In this document: one piece after another, positions 45,158-55,815 of the stretch
Layout: every line of letters starts with the position of its first letter
Numbering within the stretch: position 1 is the first letter of the stretch
NCBI GenBank assembly: GCA_963789955.1
Contig: CAWBMV010000034.1
Coordinates: forward strand, 384,001 to 448,000
Length of the DNA stretch: 64,000 bases
DNA from: an uncultured Candidatus Rokubacteria bacterium
GTDB taxonomy: Bacteria; Methylomirabilota; Methylomirabilia; Rokubacteriales; CSP1-6
Direction of reading: 5' to 3'
Made by a program: the position numbers and the translations under genes
Notes under the pieces: model-generated
What the model was told of the DNA's origin: nothing
What the model saw: the letters and a program-made list of their open reading frames with translations, nothing else
The model's database searches: none

Positions 45158-46371
45158 TCAACGCGCCTTCGATTCGACGGCGACCTTCGGCTCGGCCGCG
45201 AGGCCGAGGCCGCGCACGGCAACGGTGGTGCGGAGGACCTCGGCGGTGCCGCCGGCGATCGTGTGGCCGAGGGTCGTCTGATAGAGGTGCGAGATCTGTC
45301 CGCCGAGCTTCGCCCACCGCGAGCCCTCGCGCAGCGGCCCCCAGAGCCCGAGCAGGTCCATGCCCAGGCGCGCCAGCTTCTGCCCGGTCTCGTCCGCGTA
45401 CACCTTCGCCATCGCGGTCTCGTAGGTGAGGGGCGCGCCGTCGCGGATGAGACAGCCGGCGCGATAGAAGATGAGGCGCAGCGCCGCGATGTCCGCGGCG
45501 ATCGCGGCCAGCCGGCGGCGCACGAACGGATCGCGCGCGAGCGGCGCGCCGCCGACGAGCGTCGTGTTGGCGTAGTCCACGAGCTGGCCGAGCACCCGCG
45601 CGAGCGCCGGCGCCTTGTAGAAGCGCCCCCAGAACCGGTCGGCGTCGAGCCCGTTCAGGAGCGCCTGGAAGCCTTCGCCGGGAGGTCCGAGCATGAGGTC
45701 CGCGGACACGCGCACGTCGTCCAGGAACACCTCGTGGTGATAGACCTCGCCGGTCATGCTGCGGATCGGCCGGATGTCCATGCCCGGCGTGCCGTTCGCG
45801 ACGACGAACATGCTGAATCCGCGGCTGCGCCGCGCCTCGCGGCTCGTTCGCGCGAACACGAGCCCGTGCGACGCGATGCCGGCGTGGCTCGACCAGATCT
45901 TGTGGCCGCGGATCACGTAGTGATCGCCGTCGCGGCGTGCCTCGGTCTTCAGCGCGAGCAGATCGGAGCCCGCGTCGGGCTCGCTGTAACCCTGCCAGAA
46001 CGTCGCCTCGCCGCGCGCGATCGCGGGCAGGACCTCGCGCCGCAGGCGCTCGGTCCCGAGCTCGATGACGGCGTCGGCCGTTTGCCAGACGCCGGCGAGC
46101 GGCCCGAACGGCGCGCCGGCGAGCGCCAGCTCCTCCATGAGGACGAGCTTCATGAACATCGGCTGCTCGCGGCCGCCCAGGCGTCTGTCGGCCAGCACAT
46201 GCTGATCCAGCCCTGGGCGCCGAGCGCCTTCATGAACGCTCGCGAGTTGGCGCCCGAGCCGTAGCCCGCGTCCATGCCGTCGACGGCGAACGTCTCGGGC
46301 GGGTTCGCGCGGAGGAATCGGCGAACCTCGTCGGCGAACGCCTGCTCGGCCTCGGTGAAGTCGAAATTCAT
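45158..46371 (-). CDS. Acyl-CoA dehydrogenase family protein (frameshift ~46195)
   Basis: 'QGYSEPDAGSDL', 'GHKIWSS', 'EVFLDDVRV', 'TIAGGTAEV'. Confidence 0.88.
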
Positions 46372-46443
46372 CGAACGCGCCGGTCAGGATAACGCGTCCG
46401 CCGGGCGACCACCAGCGACCGCCTGATGATGTATGGTGTGGCC

Positions 46444-47383
46444 ATGCGCTACGGGTTCTATCTTCCGACTCGCGGTCAGACGGCGACGCCGGAGGCGCTC
46501 GAGACGCTCGTCCAGCGCGGCGAGAGCCTGGGCTTCGCCTCGGTGATGATCGCCGACCATCTGGTGTTCCCGGTCACGATCAAGTCGCGCTATCCCTACA
46601 CGGTCTCGGGCGATTTCCCGGGCAAGGGCGACGTCCTCGATCAGCTCTCGCTGATGACCTTCGTCGCCGCCAAGACCACGCGCCTGCGCCTGGTCACGAG
46701 CGTGATGATCGTGCCCTACCGCAATCCGGTGCTGACGGCCAAGGCGCTCGCGACGATCGACGTGCTCTCGAAGGGACGCGTCACGCTCGGCGTCGGCGTG
46801 GGATGGATGCGCGAGGAGTTCGAGGCGCTCGGCGCGCCGGAGTTCGAGCGGCGGGGCGCGGTGACCGACGAGTACATCCGCATCTTCAAGACGCTGTGGA
46901 CGCAGAGTCCCGCGTCCTTCTCGGGCGAGTTCTATCGATTCGAGGCGCTCCACTGTCGGCCGCAGCCCGTTCAGAAGCCGCACCCGCCGATCTGGATCGG
47001 CGGCCACAGCAAGGCCGCCCTGCGGCGGGCGGCGCGCCTCGGCGACGGCTGGCATCCGGTCGGCGCCAACGCGGCGGTCCCGCTGCCGCCCGTCGGAGCT
47101 GCGGCAGCTCCTCGACGAGCTCTACCGGCTCACCGAGGCCGAGGGGCGCGACCCCAAGTCGCTGACGATTTCGTACAAGGCTCCCGTGTACGACCTGAGT
47201 CAACGACAGCTCCCGGGCGGCGAGCGACGGCCGTTCTCCGGAGGCCCGGCGCAGATCGCGGAGGACATCGCGGCGTTCGCGCGGCTGGGCGTGAGCGAGA
47301 TCGTCTTCGACTTCCGCAGCGAAAGCCTCGCCGAGAGCCTCGAGCGGATGGAGAGCTTCGGCCCGGTGATCCGCCAGGGCTAG
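46444..47383 (+). CDS. LLM-class (probably F420-dependent) oxidoreductase (frameshift ~47092)
   Basis: '[10 protein letters not shown]', 'PYRNP.L.AK...T.D.LS.GR..LGVGVGW..EEF', 'PPIWIGG'. Confidence 0.85.
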
Positions 47384-48115
47384 GCCGGCGGCTTCACGCG
47401 TCCGCGATACTGCAGATAGCGCGCGACCAGCCAGCACGGCAGCGCCCACGCGAGTCCCGCGGACCAGCCGGCGAGGACGTCGGTCGGGTAGTGGACGCCG
47501 AGATAGACGCGGCTGAGCGCCGATGAGCACCGCGAGCAGGAGCGAGACGACGATGCAGTACGTCCGGCTTCGTCGCCGCGGCACGAACCGCGCGAGGACC
47601 GCGCCGAGGGTGAGGTAGGTCACGACCGCGAGCAGCGAGTGACCGCTCGGGAAGCTGGCGCTGCCGACATTGACCAGGTGCGGCACGATCTCCGGCCGCT
47701 TGCGGGCGAACCACCACTTCAGAAGCTCGCTGAGCACGCCGCCCCCGGCGGTGGCGACGACGATCAGCGCGATCGCGTCGTACCGGCGCTCGAGCGCCAG
47801 GTAGCCCAACACGACCACGAGGAAGATCGCAAGGACCGCAGTGCCGCCGAGGGCGGTCACGTCGATCGCCACCTGGACGAGCCACGCCGGGCCGATCGGC
47901 ACGCTCGGATCGGCGGCGGAGCGCATCATGCGGAGCACGCCGTCGTCGAACTCGCGGAGATCGCCTTCCATCATCTCGCCGGCGGTTTTCGAGAAGGCGA
48001 GGAGAGCAAGGACGATCGCGAGCGACGCCAGCAGCACGCCGGCCTCCTGGCCGGTGAGCCAGCGGACGGCGAGCCGGAAGGCCCTGGTCGACGCGTGAAC
48101 CATTGTTCGCGACAT
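47380..48115 (-). CDS. PAP2-family membrane phosphatase (frameshift ~47521)
   Basis: 'K...RKRP', 'SFPSGHS', then '[13 protein letters not shown]' in a shifted frame. Confidence 0.88.
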
Positions 48116-48198
48116 CCTCTCTCCATCGTACGTCCGACTACCAAGAGGCCGACGGTGCGGCGCACCTGTGGTACGCTCTCGCCGGCCATGAGGACGGC

Positions 48199-48919
48199 GT
48201 GACCCGACGCGCACAGATCGCCATCGTCGGTGACTTCACGCCGGCGAACGTCACCCACCAGCTCACGAACGCGGCGCTCGAGCACGTCGGACTCGGATTC
48301 ACGTGGGTGCCGACCGACGCTCCCGGCGACTGGGACGAGCGCCTGGCGGCGTACGACGGCGTCTGGATCGCGCCGGCGAGCCCCTACCGGAGCATGGACG
48401 GCGCGCTCGCGGCGGTGCGGTACGCGCGCGAGCGCGGAGTCCCGCTGGTCGGTACCTGAGGCGGTTTCCAGCACGCGATCGTCGAGTTCGCGCGCAACGT
48501 CCTCGGGTACCGAGACGCCGACCACGCTGAAACGAGCCCCGACGCCCCTCGACTGGTGATCACCGCGCTGGCCTGTTCACTCGTCGGGCAAGAGCAGCGG
48601 GTGGTGCTGGTCCCGCGCACGCGCGCCGCGCGTCTCTACGGCGTGGCCGAGGCGACCGAGCCGTACTACTGCAACTACGGCGTGAACCCGGACTATCGCC
48701 TGCAGTTCGAGGCGTGCGGCCTTCGGGTGAGCGGAGTCGGCGCCGAGGGTGAGATCCGGATCGTCGAGCTTCCCGGAGCATCCGTTCTTCGTCGCCACGC
48801 TGTTTCTCCCGCAGGCCCGCTCCACGGCGGCGAGCCCCCACCCGCTGCTCGTCGGCTACGCGGCCGCGGTCGACGCCTGCCGCGAAGCCCGCGCCCGCCT
48901 CTCGCTCGCCAAACCCTGA
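48199..48919 (+). CDS. Stand-alone class I glutamine amidotransferase (CTP-synthase C-terminal-like) with in-frame TGA at the nucleophile; candidate selenoprotein (also a frameshift ~48775)
   Basis: 'IAIVGDF', 'DGVWIAPASPY', 'GVPLVGT-TGA-GGFQH..EFARNVLG', 'YYCNYGVNP', 'HPFFVATLF'. Confidence 0.75.
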
Positions 48920-48971
48920 CGCGCTAACCTCCGCCGAACGCCGCCAGGCGTAGCGTTGCCAGGGCCAAGAC

Positions 48972-49062
48972 GGCCTAGCTGCGAGGCGGCGCCGAAGGCG
49001 CACGCGAGCCGTACTTCGAGTACGGTGAGCGCGCGCCGAGGGCGCCGACGAAGCAGATGGCC
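48972..49062. repeat. Long imperfect hairpin (REP-like/structured element) between convergent genes
   Basis: Nested stems CGGCGCC/GGCGCCG, GGCGCACGC/GCGCGCGCC, CCGTAC/GTACGG separated by GA-rich internal loops. Confidence 0.6.
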
Positions 49063-49074
49063 TCGGCCGCCTGG

Positions 49075-50050
49075 TTAGGTGTTGAGGCGGCGGCGCAGGA
49101 AGCCGAGCAGCCCCTGCGGCAGGAAGATGATCATGATGATGAAGATGATGCCGACGGGGATGAGGTAGTACTCGGTCAGGAAGCGCGAGAGCCCCTCGCG
49201 GAGCAGCAGGAAGAACGCGGCGCCCGCGAACGGGCCCACCAGGGTGCCCATCCCGCCCATCACGTTGAAGATCACGACCTCACCCGAGACCACGAAGAAG
49301 ACGAAGTCGGGCGCGGCGAACTTGTTCTGCATGGCGTAGAGCACGCCCGCGAGCCCGGCGAAGAGCCCGGAGAGCATCACCGCCACGATCTTGTACCGCT
49401 CGACGTGATAGCCGATCGCCCGCGTGCGCGGCTCGTTCTCGCGAATCGACTGGAGCACCATGCCGAACGGCGACTGCGTGATCCGCCGGACCAGCAGGTA
49501 GGAGAGCACCACGACCGCCAGCACGAACCAGTGAAAGGTCGTGGGCGTGAAGCGGTCGCTCCAGAGGCCCAGGATCGACAGCCGCGGCTGGCTGAACGTG
49601 AGGCCGTTCTCGCCGCCGGTGACCTCGGTCCAGGTGAAGATGATCACGTAGAAGATCTGCGAGAACACCAGGGTCGAGATCGCGAAGTAGATGTCGCGCA
49701 GACGCGTCGCGAAGTACGCGACGAACACGGCGGCGCCGCCGGCGGCGACCAGGCCGTAGAGCAGCGCCAGCGACAGGCTCGGCGGCTTCACGGTGAGGAG
49801 CGCGGCGGCCGCGCCGTACATGCCGAGGCCGAAGAACGCCGAGTGGCCGAACGAGACCATGCCGGTGTAGCCGATCAGGATGTCGGACGACATCGCCAGC
49901 AGCCCCCAGATCAGGATCTCCGTGACGAATCGCTGCCAGAACGGCGGGAGCACGAGCGGCGCCACCAGGAGGAGCCCGACCAGCAACGCGAAGGTGGTCC
50001 AGTAGCCGGCGGAGCGCGGCCTCCGGCCGAGCGGCGACCGTCGCGGTCAT
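49075..50050 (-). CDS. livM: Branched-chain amino acid-type ABC permease LivM (frameshift near the 5' end)
   Basis: 'GYTGMVSFGHSAFFGLG', 'TGGENGL', 'SIRENE', 'GGMGTLVGP'. Confidence 0.9.
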
Positions 50051-50907
50051 TTCGGCGTCGGGACGAACAGGCCGGTGGGCCGGAAGAGCATCGTGAGCAC
50101 CAGGACCACGAACGAGACGATCACCGCCTGAGCCGGGCTCACGATGATCGCGGCGTAGCTCTCCAGGAGGCTGACGAAGATCGAGGCCAGGATCGACCCG
50201 CCGAGGTTCCCCATCCCGCCGACGACCACCACGATGAACGCGCGCAGGGTGAAGTCGAATCCCATCGTCTGGGTCACACCGGCGAACGGACCGAACAGCA
50301 CGCCGCTGGCCGCCGCCATCGCCGAGCCGATCGCGAACACCGCGGTGTAGACCAGCGGCACCGGGATGCCCATCGCCTGCGCCATCACGCGATCCTGGGT
50401 CGTCGCGCGAATCCAGATGCCGTACTTGCCGTACTTCAGGAAGAGCCAGAGCGCGGCGATGATCAGCCCGGCCAGCACCGCCGTGGCGATCCGGTACCAG
50501 GGGTACTGCAGATAGAAGAGGTTGAAATCCCCGGGGACCGGCGCGCTGATCTGGCGCACCGACGGGCCCCACTGCCAGAGCGCGTACTTCTGGATCACGA
50601 GCGAGACGCCGAACGTGGCCAGGATGGTCGTCAGCGGATCGCGGCCGATCAGCGGCCGCAACGTCGTGATCTGCAGCAGGGCGCCGAGGATGGCGATGAC
50701 GACCATCGCGACGATCAGCGCCAGCCAGTAGCTGCCGGTGACACCCAGCACGCTGGCGCCGACGAACGCGCCGAGCATCAGCAGATCGCCGTGCGCGAAG
50801 TTGACGATGTCCATGATGCCGAAGATGAGCGTGAGCCCCGAGGCGACCATCGCCAGGACCATGCCGTTCACGAGGCCGTGGAGGGTTTGGATGATGATCT
50901 GGTCCAT
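50047..50907 (-). CDS. livH: ABC permease LivH
   Basis: 'GLTLIFGIMDIVNFAHG', 'IRAT.QD', 'VVGGMGN'. Confidence 0.92.
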   Translation of the reverse strand: MDQIIIQTLHGLVNGMVLAMVASGLTLIFGIMDIVNFAHGDLLMLGAFVGASVLGVTGSYWLALIVAMVVIAILGALLQITTLRPLIGRDPLTTILATFGVSLVIQKYALWQWGPSVRQISAPVPGDFNLFYLQYPWYRIATAVLAGLIIAALWLFLKYGKYGIWIRATTQDRVMAQAMGIPVPLVYTAVFAIGSAMAAASGVLFGPFAGVTQTMGFDFTLRAFIVVVVGGMGNLGGSILASIFVSLLESYAAIIVSPAQAVIVSFVVLVLTMLFRPTGLFVPTPK

Positions 50908-50908
50908 C

Positions 50909-51616
50909 TCAGACCCCCAGGTACTCGTGGATGACGCGTTGATCGGCGCGCAGCTCGGCGGCCGAGGCGTGGTGGCGCACGGTGCCCTTCTCCATGATGT
51001 AGACGCGCCCGGCGGCGTCGAGCGTCAGCGGCACGTTCTGCTCGACCAGGAGAATGGCCACGCCCTCGCGGTGGAGCGCGTGCACGATCTCCTGGATCTG
51101 CCCGACCATGCGAGGCATGAGCCCTTCGGTCGGCTCGTCGAGCAGGATGATCTTCGGCTCGAGCACCATCGCGCGGGCAATCGCGAGCATCTGCTGCTCG
51201 CCGCCCGACAAGGTGCCGCCGGCCTGGTTGCGCCGCTCCCTCAGGATCGGAAAGTACGCGTAGACTTTGTCGAGCAGCGCATTGCGCCGGGCGGGTGTCA
51301 TGCCGGCGCGGTCGAGCCCGGTGCGCAGATTCTCGAGCACGGTGAGCAGGCGGAAGATCCGCCGTTCCTCGGGCACCCAGGCGATGCCGAGGCCGGCGAG
51401 CCCGTGTGGCGGCACGCCGTGGAGATCCCGGCCCTCGAAGGTGATGCGACCGCCGGTGCGGCGCGCCATGCCCATGATGGTCTTGAGCGTCGTGGTCTTG
51501 CCGACACCGTTGCGCCCGAGCAGGCCGACCACCTCGCCGGCGCGCACCTCGATCGACACGCCGTGGAGCACGTGGGACTTGCCGTAGTGGGCGTCGACGT
51601 TCTCGAGGACCAGCAT
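50909..51616 (-). CDS. livF: ABC ATPase LivF
   Basis: 'GRNGVGKTT', 'LSGGEQQMLAI', 'LLDEPTEGL', 'LLVEQN'. Confidence 0.92.
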   Translation of the reverse strand: MLVLENVDAHYGKSHVLHGVSIEVRAGEVVGLLGRNGVGKTTTLKTIMGMARRTGGRITFEGRDLHGVPPHGLAGLGIAWVPEERRIFRLLTVLENLRTGLDRAGMTPARRNALLDKVYAYFPILRERRNQAGGTLSGGEQQMLAIARAMVLEPKIILLDEPTEGLMPRMVGQIQEIVHALHREGVAILLVEQNVPLTLDAAGRVYIMEKGTVRHHASAAELRADQRVIHEYLGV

Positions 51617-52371
51617 CAGATCTTGAGGTAGACCTCTTGAACCCGCGGGTTGGCCTGGATCTCGGCGGGTCGGCCCTCGGCCAGCACCTCGCCGTAGTTC
51701 AGCACCGTGATCGTGTGGGCGAGCCCCATCACGACTTCCATGTCGTGCTCGACGATGAGGATCGTCAGGCCGCGGGCGATCCGACGGATCAGATCGACCG
51801 TGGCGTGCGTCTCGGTCACGCTCATCCCGGCCGTCGGCTCGTCGAGGCACAGGAGCTTCGGCTCCGTCGCGAGCGCGATGCCGATCTCGAGGTTGCGCTG
51901 CTCGCCGTGCGAGAGATTCGACGCGAGCTCGTCCTCCTTGCCGGCCAGACCCACGTCGGCCAGGACGGCGCGCGCCCGGGCGATGACGTCCGTGTACGCC
52001 CGGTGGTGGCGCAGCATGCTCCAGTTGTGATGGCGGGACTGGCTGGCGATCCGCACGTTCTCGAGCACGGTCGCGCCCGGCAGGATGTTGGTGATCTGGT
52101 AGGAGCGCGCGATCGCCTTGCGCGAGATCGCGTGGGGCGGCAATCCCGCGATGTCCTCGCCGTTGAACTCGATCCGGCCGCTCGTCGGGCGGAGCACACC
52201 CGTCAGGCAGTTGAAGAAGGTGGATTTGCCGGCGCCGTTGGGGCCGATGATCCCGCGGATCTCACCCCGCGGGACGGAAATGCTCACGTTGTTGACGGCG
52301 GCCAGACCGCCGAACCGCACGGTCAGAGCTTCCGTCTTGAGGATCGGAGCGGATTCGGTCAGTGCGGACAC
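51616..52371 (-). CDS. livG: ABC ATPase LivG
   Basis: 'FGGLAAV', 'GPNGAGKST', 'LSHGEQR', 'DEPTAGM', 'VEHDM'. Confidence 0.92.
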   Translation of the reverse strand: MSALTESAPILKTEALTVRFGGLAAVNNVSISVPRGEIRGIIGPNGAGKSTFFNCLTGVLRPTSGRIEFNGEDIAGLPPHAISRKAIARSYQITNILPGATVLENVRIASQSRHHNWSMLRHHRAYTDVIARARAVLADVGLAGKEDELASNLSHGEQRNLEIGIALATEPKLLCLDEPTAGMSVTETHATVDLIRRIARGLTILIVEHDMEVVMGLAHTITVLNYGEVLAEGRPAEIQANPRVQEVYLKI

Positions 52372-52432
52372 GCTCTAGCGAATGACTCGGAGCGTCCCAT
52401 CGACCGCGGGACGCTCCGAGCCCCCATGGCCT

Positions 52433-53737
52433 CTACGCGAACTTGCAGGCCGGCGGGACGATCGTCTTCTCCTTGGCAATCGTCTCCAGGAGCTTGTGCT
52501 TGTTGTTCTGGATCGTGAAGATGAACTCGCGCAGGAACGCCTGGTGATCTTCCTTCCGGAGTCGTCTTGTCGCCCTGCGGGAAGTCGTCGCTTTCCTTGA
52601 CCTCCATGCCCTCCAGGGCCTCGATCAGGTTCATCGTGTCCTCGCGGCCGCGGAACCGGGACTTCTGCATGCCGAGCTTCAGGAAGTTCATCGCCTCGAA
52701 GTTCGACTGCACGTAGCGGTCCGGCAGCGGGCCGGACGGGTCGATCTTCTTGAGCTCGACGACGGCCTGATCGAAGAACTTCTTGTGGTACGGCGTGTTC
52801 AGCGGCGGGTCCATCACCGGGATGTACCGGTTGATGCCGACGAACCCCTCGATCTTCTGGCCCAGCGCGGCCAGGTGCGTCGACTCCGCGATGGCGCCGT
52901 CACCCGCGTACTTGTACTTCTTGGTGAGCCCGAGGTCGGCGATCGCGCTGGTGAAGCTGACGGCGTTGGCCCCGAAGAAGATGCCGAAGAGCCCGTCGAA
53001 GTTGCCGCTGATCTTCGAGACGAACGGCGCCATGTCGGCCGTGCCCAGCGGCACGCCGGTGGTGCCGACGACCTCGCCGCCGTTCTTCTTGATCTGCTCG
53101 ATGAACGCGTCCTGGTCGACTGCCCCCAGGCGTAGTCGAGGTACGCGATGTGCCACTTCTTGCCGAGCTTCGAGGTGAGGTACGGGGCGAACGCGACGGC
53201 CTGGGCCGGCGCATAGTCGAACGGTCGGAAGACGTAGCGGCTGCACTTGCTGGTCGTGATGGTGGTGTCCAGGCACACGCCGATCATCCACGCGGTCTTG
53301 TTCTCCTCGAAGACCGGCATGCACGCCAGGCACACGTTCGAGAGATAGCCGCCCTCGGCGACGTCGACCTTGTCCTCGAGCACGAGCTTCTCGGCCTTGC
53401 GCCGGCCGACGTCGGGCTTCGACTCGTAGTCCGCGACGACCAGCTCGATCGGCCGGCCGTTGACGCCGCCCGAATGGTTGATGCGGTCGACGGCCATCTG
53501 CGTACCGACCAGCGCCGTCTTGCCGCCGGCCGCGCCGGTGCCGGAGAGCGGCTGGAGCACGCCGACCTTGTACGGCTTGGCCTGACCGAAGGCGTCTCGC
53601 CACGGCGCTGGGACCAGCATCGTCGCGCCCAGCGCGCCGGCGGTCGCCGACGTCAGCGCGAGGAACTTGCGCCGCGTCGTCTTGCCGCTCCACCACATGT
53701 GCTTCGCCCAGGCTTCGTCGTGCCAACGTTCATGCAT
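52433..53737 (-). CDS. Tat-exported LivK-type substrate-binding protein (frameshifts ~53115, ~52560)
   Basis: Tat motif TRRKFL; 'GVLQPLSG', 'GGVNGRPIELVV.D', 'DYAWGQS'. Confidence 0.85.
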
Positions 53738-53878
53738 CGGAGTTCCTCCTTGCGGCGCCGCGCTACGCCAATGCCTATGCGGCGGGCACCGTAATGGCCG
53801 GTAAGAGAGTTGCCCCTACTTACACTAACCGCCTACGCCGCGCAAGCGTTCACCCATAGGGGTGTCGCGACGGGATGT

Positions 53879-54047
53879 CGGGCCGACGCGGGCAGGCGGT
53901 GGTGCGGGAGGGGTCGACCGGACCCGTTCCCTCGAGGCGAAATCGGATGACGCGCGCCCAGATGGAGCCCAGCCGCCGAGGAGCAGCGCACGCGCGCCGC
54001 GTGGTCCGGCGACCCCTCCCGCACCACCGCCTGCCCGCGTCGGCCCG
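53879..54047. repeat. 38-bp perfect inverted repeat (about 45 bp with one bulge), MITE/REP-like
   Basis: 53879-53916 is the exact reverse complement of 54010-54047; CCGGACC/GGTCCGG extends it. Confidence 0.8.
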
Positions 54048-54064
54048 TCGCCCCGCTCCGAGAG

Positions 54065-54845
54065 CTAGAGGGTGCCCGGGTAAGCGCCCCCGTCGAGCAC
54101 GAAGTTCTGCCCGGTGATGTACCCGGCCTGAGCGCTGCAGACGAACGCGCACACCTCGCCGAACTCGGCGGCGGTGCCGAAGCGCCCCGCCGGGTTCTGA
54201 GCCTGCCGCTCGCGGGTCGACGTCCTCGATCGATCTCCCGGTCGCCTTCGCGACGGTCGCGATCGTCGAGCGGAGCCGGTCGGTGTCGAAGGGCCCGGGC
54301 AGGATGTTGTTGATCGTGACGTTGTGCGCGACGGTCTTGCGGGCCAGGCCGGCGACGAAGCCGGTGAGCCCGGCGCGCGCGCCGTTCGAGAGACCGAGGA
54401 TATCGATCGGCGACTTCACCGAGACCGACGTGATGTTGACGATGCGGCCGAAGCGCCGCGCTGATCATCCCGTCGACGGTGGCCTTGATCAGGAAGATCG
54501 GCGTGAGCATGTTGGCGTCGAGCGCGCGCAGCCACGCCTCGCGATCCCACTCGCGGAAATCTCCGGGCGGCGGGCCGCCCGCGTTGTTCACCAGGATGTC
54601 GGGTTGGGGCACGCCTGGAGCAGCGCCGCCCGCACCGCCTCGGTCGTGATGTCGCCGGCCACGGTCGTCACCCGCGCGCCGGTCGCGTCGCGAATCTCCT
54701 TCGCGGCCGCTTCGAGCGCGTCCTTGGTGCGCGCGTTGATCGTGAGATTGACGCCCTCACGGGCGAGCGACATGGCGCAGCCCTTGCCGAGCCCCTTGCT
54801 GGCGGCGCAGACGATCGCGTTCTTGCCCTTGATTCCGAGATCCAT
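54065..54845 (-). CDS. Short-chain dehydrogenase/reductase (three apparent frameshifts)
   Basis: 'MDLGIKGKNAIVCAASKGLG', 'DILVNNAGGPP', 'NNILPGPFDT', 'YITGQ'. Confidence 0.85.
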
Positions 54846-54862
54846 GGTTTGCTCGCTCCCTT

Positions 54863-55787
54863 TCAGAGACCGGCTGCGGTGAGCGCCCGGCGGATCGCCG
54901 CTCGCTCCGCGCCGCTGACCGGCGTCAGCGGAGGCCGGACGTACGCGGCCGGGATCCGCCCGAGAAGGACGAGCGCTTCCTTCATCCGGTTGTGCATGTC
55001 CACGAACGGCGGCGCGTAGAACACGGACACGAGCGGCGCGAGCCGATCGTTGATCCGTCTCGCCCCGTCGAGATCACCCTTGCCGCACGCCTCGAACAGC
55101 TCGGCCTGCAGGTCGGCCGTGACGCTTCCCATGCCGGAGATCGCGCCGTCGGCGCCGAGCAGGAAGCTCGCCATCAGCGACATCGTGAAGGCCGAGAGCA
55201 TCGCCACGGGCCGGCCCGTGGCGCGCAGCGCCCGGAGATTCGATTCGAAGGCGACGATCTCGTTCGACCAGTCCTTCACCGCGGCCACCTGGGGGATCTC
55301 GGCGAGCCGCGCGAGGGTCTCCGGCGAATAGCCGATGCCCGACGCCGGCGGATACTCGAACACCACGATCGGAAGATCGGCGCCGGCCGCGATCTCGGAG
55401 AAGTGCCGCAGCACCATGTCGGGTTTGAGCTGGGCGCCCCACATGAAGAGCGTCGGCGGGAAGACGAGCACGCCCGCCGCACCCTCGCGCGCGCGCGTCG
55501 CGCGCGAGATCGACCGCGTCCTGCGTGCCGTCCGAGTAGACGCCGGCGATCACCGGACACGCGCTGCCGACCTCGTCCAGCGCGATCGCCAGCGAGCGCT
55601 TGCGCTCCTCACGGTTGAGCGACGAGACCTCGGACGCGTGGCCGTTGGCGACGATCCCGGTGACCCCGCGGGTGTCGGCGAGCCAGCGCAGATGACGGCG
55701 ATACGCCGGCTCGTCGATCGCGAGATCCGACGTGAACGGAAGCACGTTGGCGGGCATGACGCCCGAGAAGCGCAGCGGTTCTTTCAT
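54863..55787 (-). CDS. DapA/DHDPS-family aldolase/lyase (frameshift ~55480)
   Basis: 'GVMPA...PF', 'NGHASE', Schiff-base Lys in 'VAAVKD', 'VRPPL'. Confidence 0.85.
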
Positions 55788-55815
55788 CGCGACCTCCCCA
55801 TGCATCGCGGCACGA

